DNA of 64,000 nucleotides from the human T2T-CHM13v2.0 reference genome, Homo sapiens. The notes beneath the pieces are model-generated. The model was given only the letters and a program-made list of their open reading frames with translations. It made no database searches and was not told the origin of the DNA. The translations under genes and the position numbers were made by a program. The stretch lies in assembly GCF_009914755.1 (NCBI RefSeq), contig NC_060929.1, one strand, 5' to 3'. Within the stretch, counting starts at the first letter, position 1, and each line of letters begins with the position of its first letter. This document shows positions 13,604 to 25,797 of the stretch, piece after piece.

Positions 13604-14006
13604 GCTCTCCCTCCCTCCCTCCCTTCCTTCTTGCCTTCCTTCTTTCCTTCCTTCCTCCCTGTCTCTTTCCTTATTTTCTTTCCTCCCCTCCCTTCCCTTC
13701 CTTCCCTTTCTTTCTTTTTTTGAGACAGGGTTTTGCTCTGTTGCCCAGACTGGAGTGCAGTGGTGTGATCATGGCTTACTGAAGTCTCGATTGACCTCCT
13801 GGCTCAAGTGATCCTCCTGCCTCAGCCTCCCAATTAGCTGGGATTGCAGGCATGTACCACCATGCTTGACTAATTTTTTACTTTTTTGTAGAGATGGGGT
13901 CTTCCTATGTTGCCTAGGCTGGTCTCAAACTCCTAGGTTCAAGTGATCCTCCTGCCTTGGCCTCCTAAAGTGCTGGGATTACAGGCATGAGCCACTGCTC
14001 CCAGCC
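13604..14006 (-). mobile_element. AluJ whose tail has decayed into a CCTT/CCCT pyrimidine tract (13604-13720)
   Basis: Alu body 13721-14006; plausible TSD ctgcttgctt (13594-13603) / ctgctttctt (14007-14016). Confidence 0.92.
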
Positions 14007-14074
14007 CTGCTTTCTTTTAAATTACATTTTTTTCTTATCAAAGTAATACATGAATATAATTTAAAAAGTGAAAT

Positions 14075-14305
14075 GATAATGGATAAGATGCATCAAATGC
14101 TTCCTATGTGCCAGACGCCGAACTAAATGTTTTACAAGGATAGTCTCAGTTAATTCTCAGCACACCCTATGAGTTGAGTACTATCTGCGTCATCCCCACT
14201 ATATTGATGTTAAAACTGACTGAGGCACACAGAGCGCATCAGTAACTTTCTTAAGGTCACGAAGTTACTAAGTTAGTAAGTAGTGGCATTAGAATTTCAA
14301 CTGTA
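14075..14305 (-). mobile_element. MIR SINE
   Basis: cctatgtgccagac...actgaggcacacagag...aaggtcac. Confidence 0.75.
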
Positions 14306-14314
14306 GCAGTTTTT

Positions 14315-14490
14315 CTTGGGTGTAGCAGCACACACCTGTGGTTCTAGCTACTCGAGAGGCTGAGATGGAAGGATCATTTGAGCCCAGGAGTTCTAGGTTG
14401 TAGTACACTAAGATCACATCTGCGAATAGCCACTGCACTCTAGCCTGGAAAAAAAGTGCAAACAAGTTTCTACCAAAAAAAAAAAAAAAA
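14315..14490 (+). mobile_element. Fossil Alu monomer (FAM-like)
   Basis: Monomer retaining the FAM-type segment tgtagtacactaagatcacatctgcgaatagccactgcactc, followed by an A tail. Confidence 0.8.
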
Positions 14491-14589
14491 GACATGGTAT
14501 TATGATATTCTCCTTCAAGAAAGTTTATAATAAAACTATGGATTCCAAGTGCACACACACATACACAAACGCACACACCCTTCACTGTC

Positions 14590-15395
14590 CCACTCTTCAG
14601 AGGCAGCTACTTTCAATTTTCTGAGGTGTATCTTTGGTATGTACCACTCTAGTCCTAAACAATATTCATATACTAATATATCTTGGTTTATAATTTTGGC
14701 ATAATCTATTTAGTTCTTCTTATGGTAAATGAGCATGTTAGCTCTCATATCCTTCACTATAATTATCACCACAACTTTTTGTTAAATTCATAATCAGTGT
14801 TTTTATTATTTTCGATGATGGCTCATTTCTAAGTTAAGCGATGTATACTGTCTACATTTCCCATCTATAAGCTTTTGTTTTTCCTGGACTTTTGTTACCT
14901 AATTTTGATTTGCTTAGGTTATTATTTTTTTAATCTATGGCATGTCTTCCTATCGCTATGTACAATGGCTTTCAGTAGAACTTTTTACATCTTCAAACTC
15001 ATCAGATAACTGTGTTTTAATATCTTTTTCTGAGGACATTCCTCCCAAATCCCTCTGTTCTGCTCCACTTGGGGCTGATAGGTCCTTTTCTGTTTTGAGA
15101 CAGGGTCTCACTCTGTTGCCCAGGCTTCAGTGTAGTGGAACGACCTTGGCTCACCGCAGCCTTGACCTCTGGGCTCAAGAGGTCCTCTGATTGTTCTTTA
15201 TTCTTGTTGCACAGCTGTTGTTTGGGGACTTCCCTTTGCCATCATCCTGGGATTTCCCTTTACCTCCTTCCTGTGTGATCTCCGGTTTCCTAAAATCCCG
15301 GTCTTCCTCTCTGTTAGGTTATTCCCTGTTTTGGTCAGTACATCATCCAAGAGTTTCCTGACAAAAGAGATGCGAAGGTAATTTGTTTCTCCAGA
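14590..15395 (-). mobile_element. Old L1/HAL1-like fragment that hosts the SVA insertion
   Basis: T-rich diverged LINE-like text (gaggacattcctccc; ttccctttgccatcatcctggg; agtttcctgacaaaagaga); appears to continue after 16925. Confidence 0.5.
15086..15187 (-). mobile_element. 5'-truncated AluJ fragment
   Basis: tttgagacagggtctcactctgttgcccaggct...ctgggctcaagaggtcctc. Confidence 0.85.
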
Positions 15396-15408
15396 AGTAG
15401 ATTTTTCT

Positions 15409-16911
15409 TTCTTTTTTTTTTTTTTTAATTGATCATTCTTGGGTGTTTCTCGCAGAGGGGGATTTGGCAGGGTCACAGGACAATAGTGGAGGGAAGGTCA
15501 GCAGATAAACAAGTGAACAAAGGTCTCTGGTTTTCCTAGGCAGAGGACCCTGCGGCCTTCCGCAGTGTTTGTGTCCCTGGGTACTTGAGATTAGGGAGTG
15601 GTGATGACTCTTAAGGAGCATGCTGCCTTCAAGCATCTGTTTAACAAAGCACATCTTGCACCGCCCTTAATCCATTCAACCCTGAGTGGATATAGCACAT
15701 GTTTCAGAGAGCACAGGGTTGGGGATAAGGTCACAGATCAACAGGATCCCAAGGCAGAAGAATTTTTCTTAGTACAGAACAAAATGAAAAGTCTCCCATG
15801 TCTACCTCTTTCTACACAGACACAGCAACCATCCGATTTCTCAATCTTTTCCCCACCTTTCCCCCCTTTCTATTCCACAAAACCGCCATTGTCATCATGG
15901 CCCATTCTCAATGAGCTGTTGGGTACACCGCCCAGACGGGGTGGTGGCCAGGCAGAGGGGCTCCTCACTTCCCAGTAGGGGCGGCCGGGCAGAGGCGCCC
16001 CTCACCTCCTGGACGGGGCGGCTGGCCGGGCGGGGGGCTGACCCCCCCACCTCCCTCCCGGACGAGGTGGCTGCCGGGCGGAGACGCTCCTCACTTCTCA
16101 GACGGGGTGGCTGCTGGGCGGAGGGGCTCCTCACTTCTCAGACGGGGCGGCTGCCGGGCGGAGGGGCTCCTCACTTCTCAGACGGGGCGGCCGGGCAGAG
16201 ACGCTCCTCACATCCTGGACGGGGCGGCAGGGCAGAGGTGCTCCCCACATCTCAGAAGATGGGCGGCCGGGCAGAGACGCTCCTCACTTCCCAGATGGGA
16301 TGGCGGCCGGGAAGAGGCGCTCCTCACTTCCTAGATGGGATGGCGGCTGGGGAGAGACGCTCCTCACTTTCCAGACTGGGCAGCCAGGCAGAGGGGCTCC
16401 TCACATCCCAGACGATGGGCGGCCAGGCAGAGACGCTCCTCACTTCCCAGACGGGGTGGCGGCCGGGCAGAGGCTGCAATCTCGGCACTTTGGGAGGCCA
16501 AGGCAGGCCGCTGGGAGGTGGAGGTTGTAGCGAGCCGAGATCACGCCACTGCACTCCAGCCTTGGCACCATTGAGCACTGAGTGAATGAGACTCCGTCTG
16601 CAATCCCGGCACCTCGGGAGGCCGAGGCTGCGGATCACTCGCGGTTAGGAGCTGGAGACCAGCCCGGCCAACACAGCGAAACCCCGTCTCCACCAAAAAA
16701 ATACGAAAACCAGTCAGACGTGGCGGCGCGCGCCTTCAATCGCAGGCATTCCACAGGCTGAGGCAGGAGAATCAGGCAGGGAGGTTGCAGTGAGCCGAGA
16801 TGGCAGCAGTACCGTCCAGCTTCAGCTGGGCATCAGAGGGAGACCTTGGAAAGAGAGGGAGAGGGAGACCGTGGGGAGAGAGAGAGGGAGAGGGAGAGGG
16901 AGAGGGAGAGG
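15409..16911 (-). mobile_element. Full-length SVA retrotransposon (SVA_D-like)
   Basis: Antisense order: poly(A) (T run to 15426), SINE-R ~15427-15925, GC-rich VNTR ~15930-16470, Alu-like domain ~16470-16850, (CCCTCT)n hexamers ~16850-16910. Perfect TSD agtagatttttct at 15396-15408 and 16912-16924. Confidence 0.97.
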
Positions 16912-17584
16912 AGTAGATTTTTCTAACTGCAGGATGGGGGTGGAACTCAGGTGTTTAAGTAGTTTTTATATAGCTTTTAACCACACCCTATCCCATTTTT
17001 TTTCCAGTATCCCCCGCCCCCAGTCTCCTCCTATATTTTACAATACGTGATGTTACCAATTTTGATGCCTTTCTAGCATCCCACAGATGAGTTTATTTAA
17101 TTCAGTTCTTCCTCTATAGATTCCTAGTTTTTTCTTGTACTGTTTAGCTAAGTCATTCAGCAATCTTCCGTTCACTTTTTGTCTCCATATCTTGTGTTTC
17201 AGGGTTTTATTTGGCTTCTAGTGTCATGAGAAAGAAAGTGATGCTGATTTTTGTAATTCTTGTTATTAAGGGAGCGAGTTTTGAGATGAAAGTGGGCTTT
17301 GCCATTGTTACTCTGCTGCTGGTAAACCCTATGCCCTTTGATCACCGGGTGTTCTACAGAGTTGATATCAGGCAAGGTTGATCCTAAAATGACAAATGTT
17401 CTTTACTCAATTTAAATGTCGTACAAAGCCAGCTCATTATTATCTCTCTGGTCAGTTGACATCCTGAAGGCCTAGGAGTTGGGATTGTCTTATCAAATCT
17501 CAACATGCAGGCCTGCTTTTGTCTAGCTGCAAGTCCACTTTGACCCTAGTGGGATGCTCTTTTTCCATCCTTGGATGGATGCAA

Positions 17585-17865
17585 ATCAAACTTTCAAGTG
17601 CCTAACAATCACTTAGTGCACCTATTCAAGAAGAAACCAAGGAAGGAAGGAAGGATGGAAGAGGAAGAGGAAGAAGAAGGAGAAGGAGAGAAAGAGGAAG
17701 AGGAAGTAGAAGCAGCAGCAGCAGAAGAAGCAGAAATGGATGACAGAAGAGGAAGAAGAAGAGGAGGAGGAGGAAGAGGAGAAGGAGGAAGAGGAGGAGG
17801 AAGAGGAGAAGGAGAAAGAGGAAGAGGAGGAAGAAGAGGAGGAGCAAGAGGAGGAGGAAGAGGAG

Positions 17866-17901
<36 letters not shown>

Positions 17902-18050
17902 AAAGAAGAAGAAGAGAAGGAGAAAGAAAAAAGAAGAAGAAAAAGAAGAAATCAATTCCCAGGGCTTCTGAATCAGTAGAATTCAGGCATTTACATTTTT
18001 TAAAGTGCCTAAGCAAGTGGTCCTCAGACTTCACTTTGATCAACACTTCT
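17585..18050. mobile_element. MER5A-like remnant split by a purine tract
   Basis: tcaaactttcaagtgcctaacaatcactt before the tract; ttctgaatcagtag...ggtcctcagacttcactttgatcaacact after it. Confidence 0.55.
17641..17950. repeat. (GAA/GAG/GGA)n polypurine low-complexity tract with a short (GCA)n
   Basis: About 310 bp, almost entirely purine on the + strand. Confidence 0.97.
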
Positions 18051-18140
18051 GACAATTTTACTCACATGCAAATAATGGGGTGCTGCACTTTCTCTCTGCA
18101 ACCCTGTCAGTCCTCCCTTTTGCTTTACTTCCTATGTGAT

Positions 18141-18163
18141 AAAAAAAAAAAAAAAAAAAAAAA
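18141..18163. repeat. Poly(A) run (~23 nt)
   Basis: Read directly from sequence. Confidence 0.9.
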
Positions 18164-18216
18164 ACTAAAGTTATTGCTTAATGATAACATGGTGGTTTAC
18201 TTGTAAAATAGTCACT

Positions 18217-18519
18217 TGTCAGGTGTGGTAGCTTATGCCTGTAATCCCAGCACTTTGGGAGGCTGAGGCAGAAGGATGACTTGAGGTCAGGAGTTTGAGA
18301 CCAGCCTGGCTAACATGGTGAAACCCCATCTCTACTAAAAATACAAAAATTAGCTTGGTGTGGTGGTACACGCCTGTAATCCCAGCTAATTGGGAGGCTG
18401 AGGCACGAGAATCACTTGAACTTCGGAGGCAGAGGCTGCAGCGAGCTGAGGCCATACCACTGCACTCCAGCCAGGGAGAGAGAGCAAGACTCTGTCTCAA
18501 AAAAAAAAAAAAAAAAAAA
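18217..18519 (+). mobile_element. AluS
   Basis: Full dimer with A tail; TSD core tcacttgtcag at 18212-18222 and 18520-18530. Confidence 0.95.
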
Positions 18520-18644
18520 TCACTTGTCAGTCTTGTTCTATAACCATGTTACAATTTGTTCTTATATACAATTATTATTTTTAATCTGTGGCTTGACTCT
18601 ATTGCCCAATATTTCCAATGAACACTTGAGAAGTTCTGGAAACA

Positions 18645-18850
18645 GTAATAAATAAACATTGATTGAGCACTTAACTATATGCCAGGCATTATTCTCAGTG
18701 CTTTAACATGACTCACTTAATTTCACAGCCCTACAAGGTAGGTACTATTATTATTCTGATTTTATAGGTAAGGAAATTGATGGTTAGAGGGTTAAACAAC
18801 TTAGCCAGATCACACAGCTAGTAAGATGAAGAGCTGGAAGTGACTGAGTT
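18645..18850 (-). mobile_element. MIR SINE
   Basis: attgagcacttaactatatgccaggca...taaggaaattga...atcacacagctagtaag. Confidence 0.85.
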
Positions 18851-19249
18851 ATAAAGAGCTGCAGGACGTTTTGGCAATGATCAAGGAGTGGAGGAAGGCA
18901 CCAGATCCAAGCAGAAATGCCTCATCAACTTCTGCAGGCAGTCGGCTTCCTGACCACCACACAGGTGTTCCCTGGCAAAACAGGTGGCCAGGACTGGGGG
19001 CAACGCAGGAAGTGCTAGTAGCAGTGGCTGATAGAAATGCTGAAACAATACACGTAGATCAAATCTGGGACAATTATGATGGTGTGAGACACCCATTACT
19101 GAATCTGCACTGAGTGCCTCTGAGCTCCCTTTCAGTGGGAGTGTAAGGATCCCAGCAGTTGAAGCTACCTAAACATAAGGCTATCAGTTTCAAAAGGGTG
19201 GTGGAAATGGCAACAAAAACAAAAGAAATGACAGGTCAGAGTCTAGTCA

Positions 19250-19450
19250 TGGGACAGTAATAATGCTTCCAGCAAAGCCAATCTTTTGAGAAATAAAATA
19301 GCCTCTTTCCAAGCCTCTCTTTCCCCATTTGTAAAATGAAGATAATATAGTGTACCTAATTAACAGCTTGTAAGGATTAAATAAGCTGATATGTAAATAG
19401 TGTACCATAGTACCAGACACTAAATAAGTGTTCAAGGAATGTTAATTATT
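19250..19450 (+). mobile_element. MIR SINE
   Basis: tttccccatttgtaaaatgaagataat...aaggattaaataag. Confidence 0.75.
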
Positions 19451-20609
19451 CTTAAATCTCTTTGCACATTCAAGTCTAATGTGCATAAGAGCCGAAAATA
19501 TAAGTAACATTTTTGAATTTTATTTTTGTAATTTGGTCTTCACTTTAACCAACTACTGAACTTTTTCTCTCTAAAAATAAAAACATCTTAATTTATAATA
19601 AAACAAATAACCAAATCAGGCTCCTATAACCACTGCAGCCTGTAGGAATCTCTTTTGGCCTTCCAGTAGTATACTTTATCCACATTATTCACTGGAAACT
19701 TACTTAACAACGGGAGGCCACATACTTGCCCTTCTGAACAAATGCCTCTTCCCAAACACTGCCTCTCCCTTGCCCTCATCTTGATTTTGAGATCCTTAGG
19801 GACCTTAGATAATGTTTTTTTTTTTAATTTCTTCTGAATGTCTCCAGCACAAGTAGGTACCAAATATTGTTTTGTGATGAATAAGTAGTGTCACTCTGAG
19901 AATATTCTTGTTCAATAGAAAAAAGTAAGTGCAAGCACTAGTCATTTTATTAAGACCTCTCCTTTCTAGTAACCCAAGCTGGACCTCGGTCTCTGTCCTT
20001 CCCTGTGCACCAGAAGGTCCCTTGGGATCAGTTAGCACAAATTTAGCAGAGTCCTCTCATATCAGGCTGAATCCACAGGAGACTTTCTCTTCTGGCTGCC
20101 TTCCGCTAGTCCAGACCCCCACACTTGACCTCTGTTGCAGTGCAAAAGGCTCAGTACAGTTGATCCTCATGGTCTAGGTCATCTTTTCTCTAGGCTGGAG
20201 GGTCCCTGCCCAATCTGCTTCCAATGGCACAACTTACACCAATCCACGAGCTTGTCCTAAAAACCAGAAGTGGCTAAAATCTAAGCTTCTCACAAACTAA
20301 CCCCAAACCACCTCTACCACCTCTCTCCCACTTCTCTCCTGCATGAACCCAATGCTTCCGCCAGAAGGGCTTGTTTATTGCATCCCCTTCTCATATGAAC
20401 ATGAGACACTTGCATCCTGGCCTTCCTGAAATGCTCTTAACAAGCACCTCTCCTCCTCCCTCTATGTTAAGACTCTGGACAAACCCCACTGCCTTTAATT
20501 CACAGTGATCTTTCCTCCTGTAATTTGCCAGTTACCATTCATATTTACGATATGCTACCTGACTTGGGCAGTTGTGTTTTTATCTGCAGATCTATTGTTT
20601 CCTCCTAAC

Positions 20610-20810
20610 TATACTATTTGGGTGCTTGCTCTATGCCACTCGCTTTGTAAATGCTTTATATGGATTAATTCTCACAACAAACCTATGAAGAAGGTCTTGT
20701 CATTAGTCCCACATTAAGTTGGGAAGCTAGGACAGAGAAAGGTAAGTTGGTCGTTTGAGTGTAGTAAGTGGTGGAGCTGGTAGATATAATGCCCATATGT
20801 TCAACCACTT
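20610..20810 (-). mobile_element. MIR SINE
   Basis: ttaattctcacaacaaacctatgaag...gacagagaaaggtaagt...gtaagtggtggagctgg. Confidence 0.7.
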
Positions 20811-20862
20811 TGCTGTGCCCTGCACATGGTAGCCATGCAAGAAATATTTGTTCAACTGCTTC

Positions 20863-21495
20863 CACACTGTTGGTGGGAATGTAAATTACTTCAACCTTTG
20901 TGGAAAACAACATGATGATTCCTCAAAGACCTAAAACAGAATTACCATTTGACCCAGTGATCCCATTATTTGGTATATACCCAAAGGAATATAAATAATT
21001 TTATCATAAAGACACATGCACGTGTATGTTCATTGCAGCACTATCCACAATGGCAAACACATGGAATCAACCTAAATGTCCATCAATGGCAGATTTGATA
21101 AAGAAAATATGGTACATATGCACCATGGAATACTCTGCAGCCATCAAAAATGAATGAGATCATGTCTTTTGTAGGAATATGGGTGGAGCTGGAGGCCATC
21201 ATTCTTAGCAAACTAATGCGAGAACAGAAAACCAAATACCACATGTTCTCACTTATGAGCGGGAGCTAAATGATGAGAACACATGGGTACATAGAGGGGA
21301 ACAACACACATTGGGACCTTTCAGAGGGCGGAGGGTAGGAGGAGGGAGGGGATTAGGAAAAATAACTGATGGGTACTAGGCTTAACACCTGGGTGATGAA
21401 ATAATCTGTACAACAAACCCCCATGGCATTAGTTTACCTGTATAACAAACCTGCACATGTATCCCTGAACTAAAAATAAAAGTTAAATTAAAAAA
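20863..21495 (+). mobile_element. L1 3' end (older primate L1PA13-16-like), 5'-truncated
   Basis: ORF2 end and 3' UTR: aaagacacatgcacgtgtatgttcattgcagcac...ggaatcaacctaaatgtccatca...aacctgcacatgtatccctgaactaaaaataaaagtt. Confidence 0.92.
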
Positions 21496-23008
21496 GGAAA
21501 CCTTTGTTTATCAATTGTTGATTTCCCCACCCCTCTTTTGACCCAGTCTTGCCTATACTACCTTCTCAAATAGAGCCCAGCTTGGGAAGATAATCAAACA
21601 TCTTTATTATGTTGACCTCCTTGGGAGGAAAGAGTTCAATAAAAACAGTTGAAACTGTTTAATTTTGATTCTGTGTTTTATCACTATGGTTTGTGATTCT
21701 ATTCTGATATTCTTTGTTGACAGAACCCTCAGATATACAGCCTATTGCAAAGTTATTATTTTTGATATCAGAAGGGTTTCTATTTGAAACATTGTCTATT
21801 TACATTCTTTAGCTTAAAATAGTCCGAAGTGTCATTATTATGTCTTCATGTTTCTAATACAATTTTATGATGTTATATCAATATTGACAAGTCCCCACGA
21901 AGTATTTTTGCCCTCTCTGGCTTTTGGGAAAGTGTATTATGATAATGACTGAGATCATATTTATAAATGATGCCAGTATATCTTTCCTCAATATGAGAAG
22001 GAAGATAGCGTGTGCATGGAATTAAGTGCTTGGCATTGCGCAAGAATAATCTGCCCACATTACAGCAATAGTTCTCACGCTTTCTCCTCACAACTTTCTC
22101 ATTACAGTGTCATGGTTCAACCCACAACTTCTGATTTTATACTGGCCCCCAGAAGAAAACCATGCCCCTAGTCAAGGCCATTCCTGTGGGACTATAGGAC
22201 CCAGAATATGTTATACTACACAAGCTCCTTCATTTTCTCCTCGCATTATTATTGAGATAAATCCTAGTTACAGTAAATAATATCAAGGACAATATGCAGG
22301 AGGAAATTCATAAAAACTCATTCTGACAGTGTGTAAAAGGGAAGGAGAGTGGTTTGCTGCCAGTCATGGTCATATCACAACTCTATTGCCTGCTGTGTGT
22401 TCATGAATTTATAGTAAAGCCAAGGAAAGTACAGAGGGTGGTTTATTTGCGTATTTTTGAAAGCAAACATATCAGAACTTGTACATTTATATCAATGTGT
22501 TCTTAAAAGCAGTCACATTATCAACTTGAGCACTAATCCCAAAATCTTATCATTGCTTATATATTTGTTACCTCTTTTTCAAAATTGCCATCAGGATAGT
22601 GTATAATAATGTATCAAGCACATTGGGGCATTTTGAGAAAAACAGTGGGTGTTATAATAAATTACATTGAGATAATCATAAAAAACCCAGACTGGGTGGC
22701 AAGGATGGGTGGACACTTTGCTCTACAGTCATGTAAGAAAATCAGTTTTCTTCCTTTTTTGACCAGAAATGTTGTGATTCAGTTGGTAGCTTCTTTTATG
22801 AGACTTGACTTGTAATTACCTTTGGTTATCTTCAAAATAAAACTTTTCTCAAAAGGTGATTTCTCTGCTCTGATGATAGTCAAAAGAATGTGCTTTTGGT
22901 TTTAATATAATTCCAGAAATATTTTCATCAAAAGCAGCATCTTTGTTATAACATCAGTTCCAAAGGGAAAGCATTCTGGCTGCACCTGGTCTATTGTACA
23001 TGACTTAT

Positions 23009-23039
23009 ACACACACATACACACACACACACACACACA
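23009..23039. repeat. (AC)n microsatellite, one interruption
   Basis: Read directly from sequence. Confidence 0.95.
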
Positions 23040-23556
23040 TGTGACACATATCCTGGGCTTGAACACCTCCAGGCTTATTTTGAGCCAGCTGTCAGGGCCA
23101 CCTCCTTGCCCTCCAGCCAACTCTCCTCCCTCTAGTGATGGTTCTAATTTCCCTTATCCCAGAGACAGCTCTTCTTTTGGCATGTAGCCTAGACATCATT
23201 GCTTCTAACTCCTCCCTGGACTTTTGCAGTACTTTCTCGCCTTTCTCTTAGTTATCACTATAGATCTTAAAGCTTTCAAACTATGAACTTGTGAGGGAGT
23301 ACATACAAGGGCCAGGCCTTGCAGGCAGAGGCCAACTCCTCCATATGCAACCTGAACAAAGCTGGGCTCCCTTAGGGTCAGTCTCAGCAAGCGTTGTATC
23401 CAAAATAAAGACAAATCTGACTCCAAAAAGACCTCAAAGAGTAAAGGAGGAAAATAAAATTCTACTGTAGATGTATTGCCCAGAGAGCTCTCACATGAGA
23501 GCACCAATAGAAAGATGTATATATATGGATATCAACTGCAATATTGTTTTAGTAAC

Positions 23557-24079
23557 TGTGACAGGCAAAATAATGGCTTCCCCAAAGAAGTTCATATTCT
23601 TATCCCCAGAACCTGTGAATGTGTTATGTTACATGACAAAGAGGAGATACAGCTGCTGGGGGAATGAAGCTTACCAAATCAGCTGACCTTAAAAGAGGAA
23701 GATCATCTGAGTCAGCCCAATGTAACCACAATTGTCCAACTTAAAAGTGAACAAGGAAAGCAAAAGGGGAGGGTCAGAGAAAAAGATCTGATGATGGAAG
23801 TAGAGTCAGGGAGCTGTCATGCTGTTGCCTTTGAAGATGGAGGAAGGGGAGCATAGGACGAGGAATGAGAACAATCTCTAGAAGTTGGAAAAGACAAAAT
23901 AAAAAGGATTTTTTCCTAGCACCTCCAGAAAGAAATGTAGCCCTGCCAATACCTTGATTTTAGCCTAGTGAGACCTATATTGGACTTTGGAACTACAGAG
24001 CTGCAACATAATAAATGTGTGCTGTTTAAGCCACTAAGGTTGTGATAATTTGTTCTGGCAGTAATGGAAAACAAATATA
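23557..24079 (+). mobile_element. MaLR LTR (MLT1D-like)
   Basis: tgtgacaggcaaaataatggcttccccaaag...ctttgaagatggaggaagggg...tttaagccactaaggttgtg. Confidence 0.85.
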
Positions 24080-24164
24080 GTATCTTAGCCCAATAGAGGA
24101 ATAGATAATATGTGTAGTATTTATTGAAGACATGCAGTATAGCAATTAAGAACGAATAAGCTAA

Positions 24165-24390
24165 GACGGAAAGTAAAATAGAGGTTACCAGGGGCTAGAG
24201 AAATGGAGTAATAGGGAGTTACTTTTTAGTGGATACAGGGTTTCTGTTTAGGGGAAGTGAAAGTTCTCAAAGTAGATAGTGGTGATGATTACATAATGTG
24301 AATGCCTATAATGCCGCTGAAATGTACACTTAAAATGATTAAAATGATAAACTTTATGTATCTTACACCATAATAAAAATGAGAAAACAA
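24165..24390 (+). mobile_element. L1MB-like 3' UTR fragment
   Basis: gaggttaccaggggctag...gatagtggtgatgatt...tgtacacttaaaatgattaaaatg. Confidence 0.8.
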
Positions 24391-25219
24391 ATGTGCTAGA
24401 GCCCTATTTCTTGCTACGGATAAATATTAAAAGTATAAATTATAGAATGGTAATTGAGCTCCACGGTGTTGTTGACACTGCTGGCCCATGGACCATACTT
24501 GCAGTAAAGAGGCTTGACAAAGTGAGGGTTGGGTAAGTATGGGAAGGGCTCATAGGAGCCTAAAATTTCAATTTCATATATTTTCCCTGTATTCCTTCTC
24601 ACGCACATCATCTGCCACTCAGTGACCTGAACAAATACCCATTGTGGCCTCTCAGTCTCTGATTTTCATCACTTCCTTGAAACTTACTTTCTATACTTGC
24701 AAATTAAATCTAAACATAGTGTTAGGCTCTGTATCAAAGGGAAGCAGATGTTATCAATAGAACATTTACCGTAATAAACTCAGGTTGTCAGGAGGTTAGA
24801 TTTTATATTCTGATGATATTTATAATGCTGCATCTAAAAAGAAAAGAATTGAAAAGGTGAAAATTATTGCATTCAATAGCATATTTATTAGTATTTTTAT
24901 AACAGTTAACTGCCATTCATGTAGAGGTGTTATTAAAATAATCTATTTGCCCCATCACTGTTCTTTGCACTAAAGCTCTAAGAGAAGAATTTCTTGTTTC
25001 CGATGGTCTTAGTACTAAGCCAAAGCCAGGCCCAGAGGAAATGACTTACCAAGTGATTCAGGAAACCCCAGTAAATGGTAACTCATTTCCTCATCTCAAC
25101 CAGCTGAGCTGCTGTGACCTGAAGCTGTTGGCCATTTCTGTCCAAAGGATGAAATTTACAGGAGGACAGATTTCACCTCACCATAAGGAAAAGTTCTGAA
25201 ACAATGGCTTCTATATTAA

Positions 25220-25350
25220 TGTAGATACTATTATTATCCCCATTTTAGAGATGAAAAAAACCAAGGCACAGAGAGGTTTAAGAAACTTTCCCAGGGCCAC
25301 AGAGCTAGTGTCAGGAAGTATATGTCCAAAGTCCACATGCTTACTGACCA
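25220..25350 (-). mobile_element. MIR SINE
   Basis: tattatccccattttagagatgaaaaaaaccaaggcacagagaggtt. Confidence 0.85.
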
Positions 25351-25364
25351 CAGTGGAATAGATT

Positions 25365-25797
25365 GTATTTTAGTTTGGGTTCCCTCAAAGTTAGAGGCTG
25401 AGGTAAGGGCTTGAATGCAACCTACTTATTTGGGAGGTGACCCCAAGTAATGAAAAAGAGGGGACAGGGGGAATAAGACAGGAAAAAAAGAGAAGCCAGG
25501 TAAGCATGCATTATCCAGAGACCTCTGAGAATCTTGCAGGAAGCCTCCTGGAATCAACCCCCTTAGGGGAGGTAGACTGCCACACTGCCTCAAAGCCCAC
25601 AGATGGACGGTTTACTTGAGGGCTACACTTGCATAGTAAGCAGTTTGGGAGAAGGTCTTAGGCTGATGTAGACATAGTTGGGGCACCCAGCAGCTGATGT
25701 GAGACATTATCAGCTCAAAGTGAGTCTGGTCTCGGCTGTGACTGAAATCCAAGGTGCGCTGAGGTGATGTGCTGGGGCACTAGCAATACCTGCTACA
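25365..25797 (-). mobile_element. ERVL LTR (LTR33/LTR16 family)
   Basis: Antisense LTR 3' end ttagtttgggttccctcaaag...tatttgggaggtgaccccaag; ends tgctaca. Confidence 0.6.

Noticed and set aside
15930-16470. Repeated ~40-bp units resembling a CRISPR array
   Set aside because: SVA VNTR: degenerate tandem units with no unique spacers, no cas genes, eukaryotic context.
15598-16638. Longest ORFs (224 aa, 126 aa and others)
   Set aside because: They lie wholly in the SVA SINE-R/VNTR/Alu-like domains; GC-rich repeats lack stop codons.
17571-18206. 211-aa Glu/Arg/Gly-rich ORF and antisense poly-Leu/Pro ORFs
   Set aside because: Translations of the GAA/GAG tract, not a real gene.
19459-19490. Short imperfect hairpin tctttgcacatt...aatgtgcataaga
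   Set aside because: Short bulged stem, compatible with chance in 64 kb.
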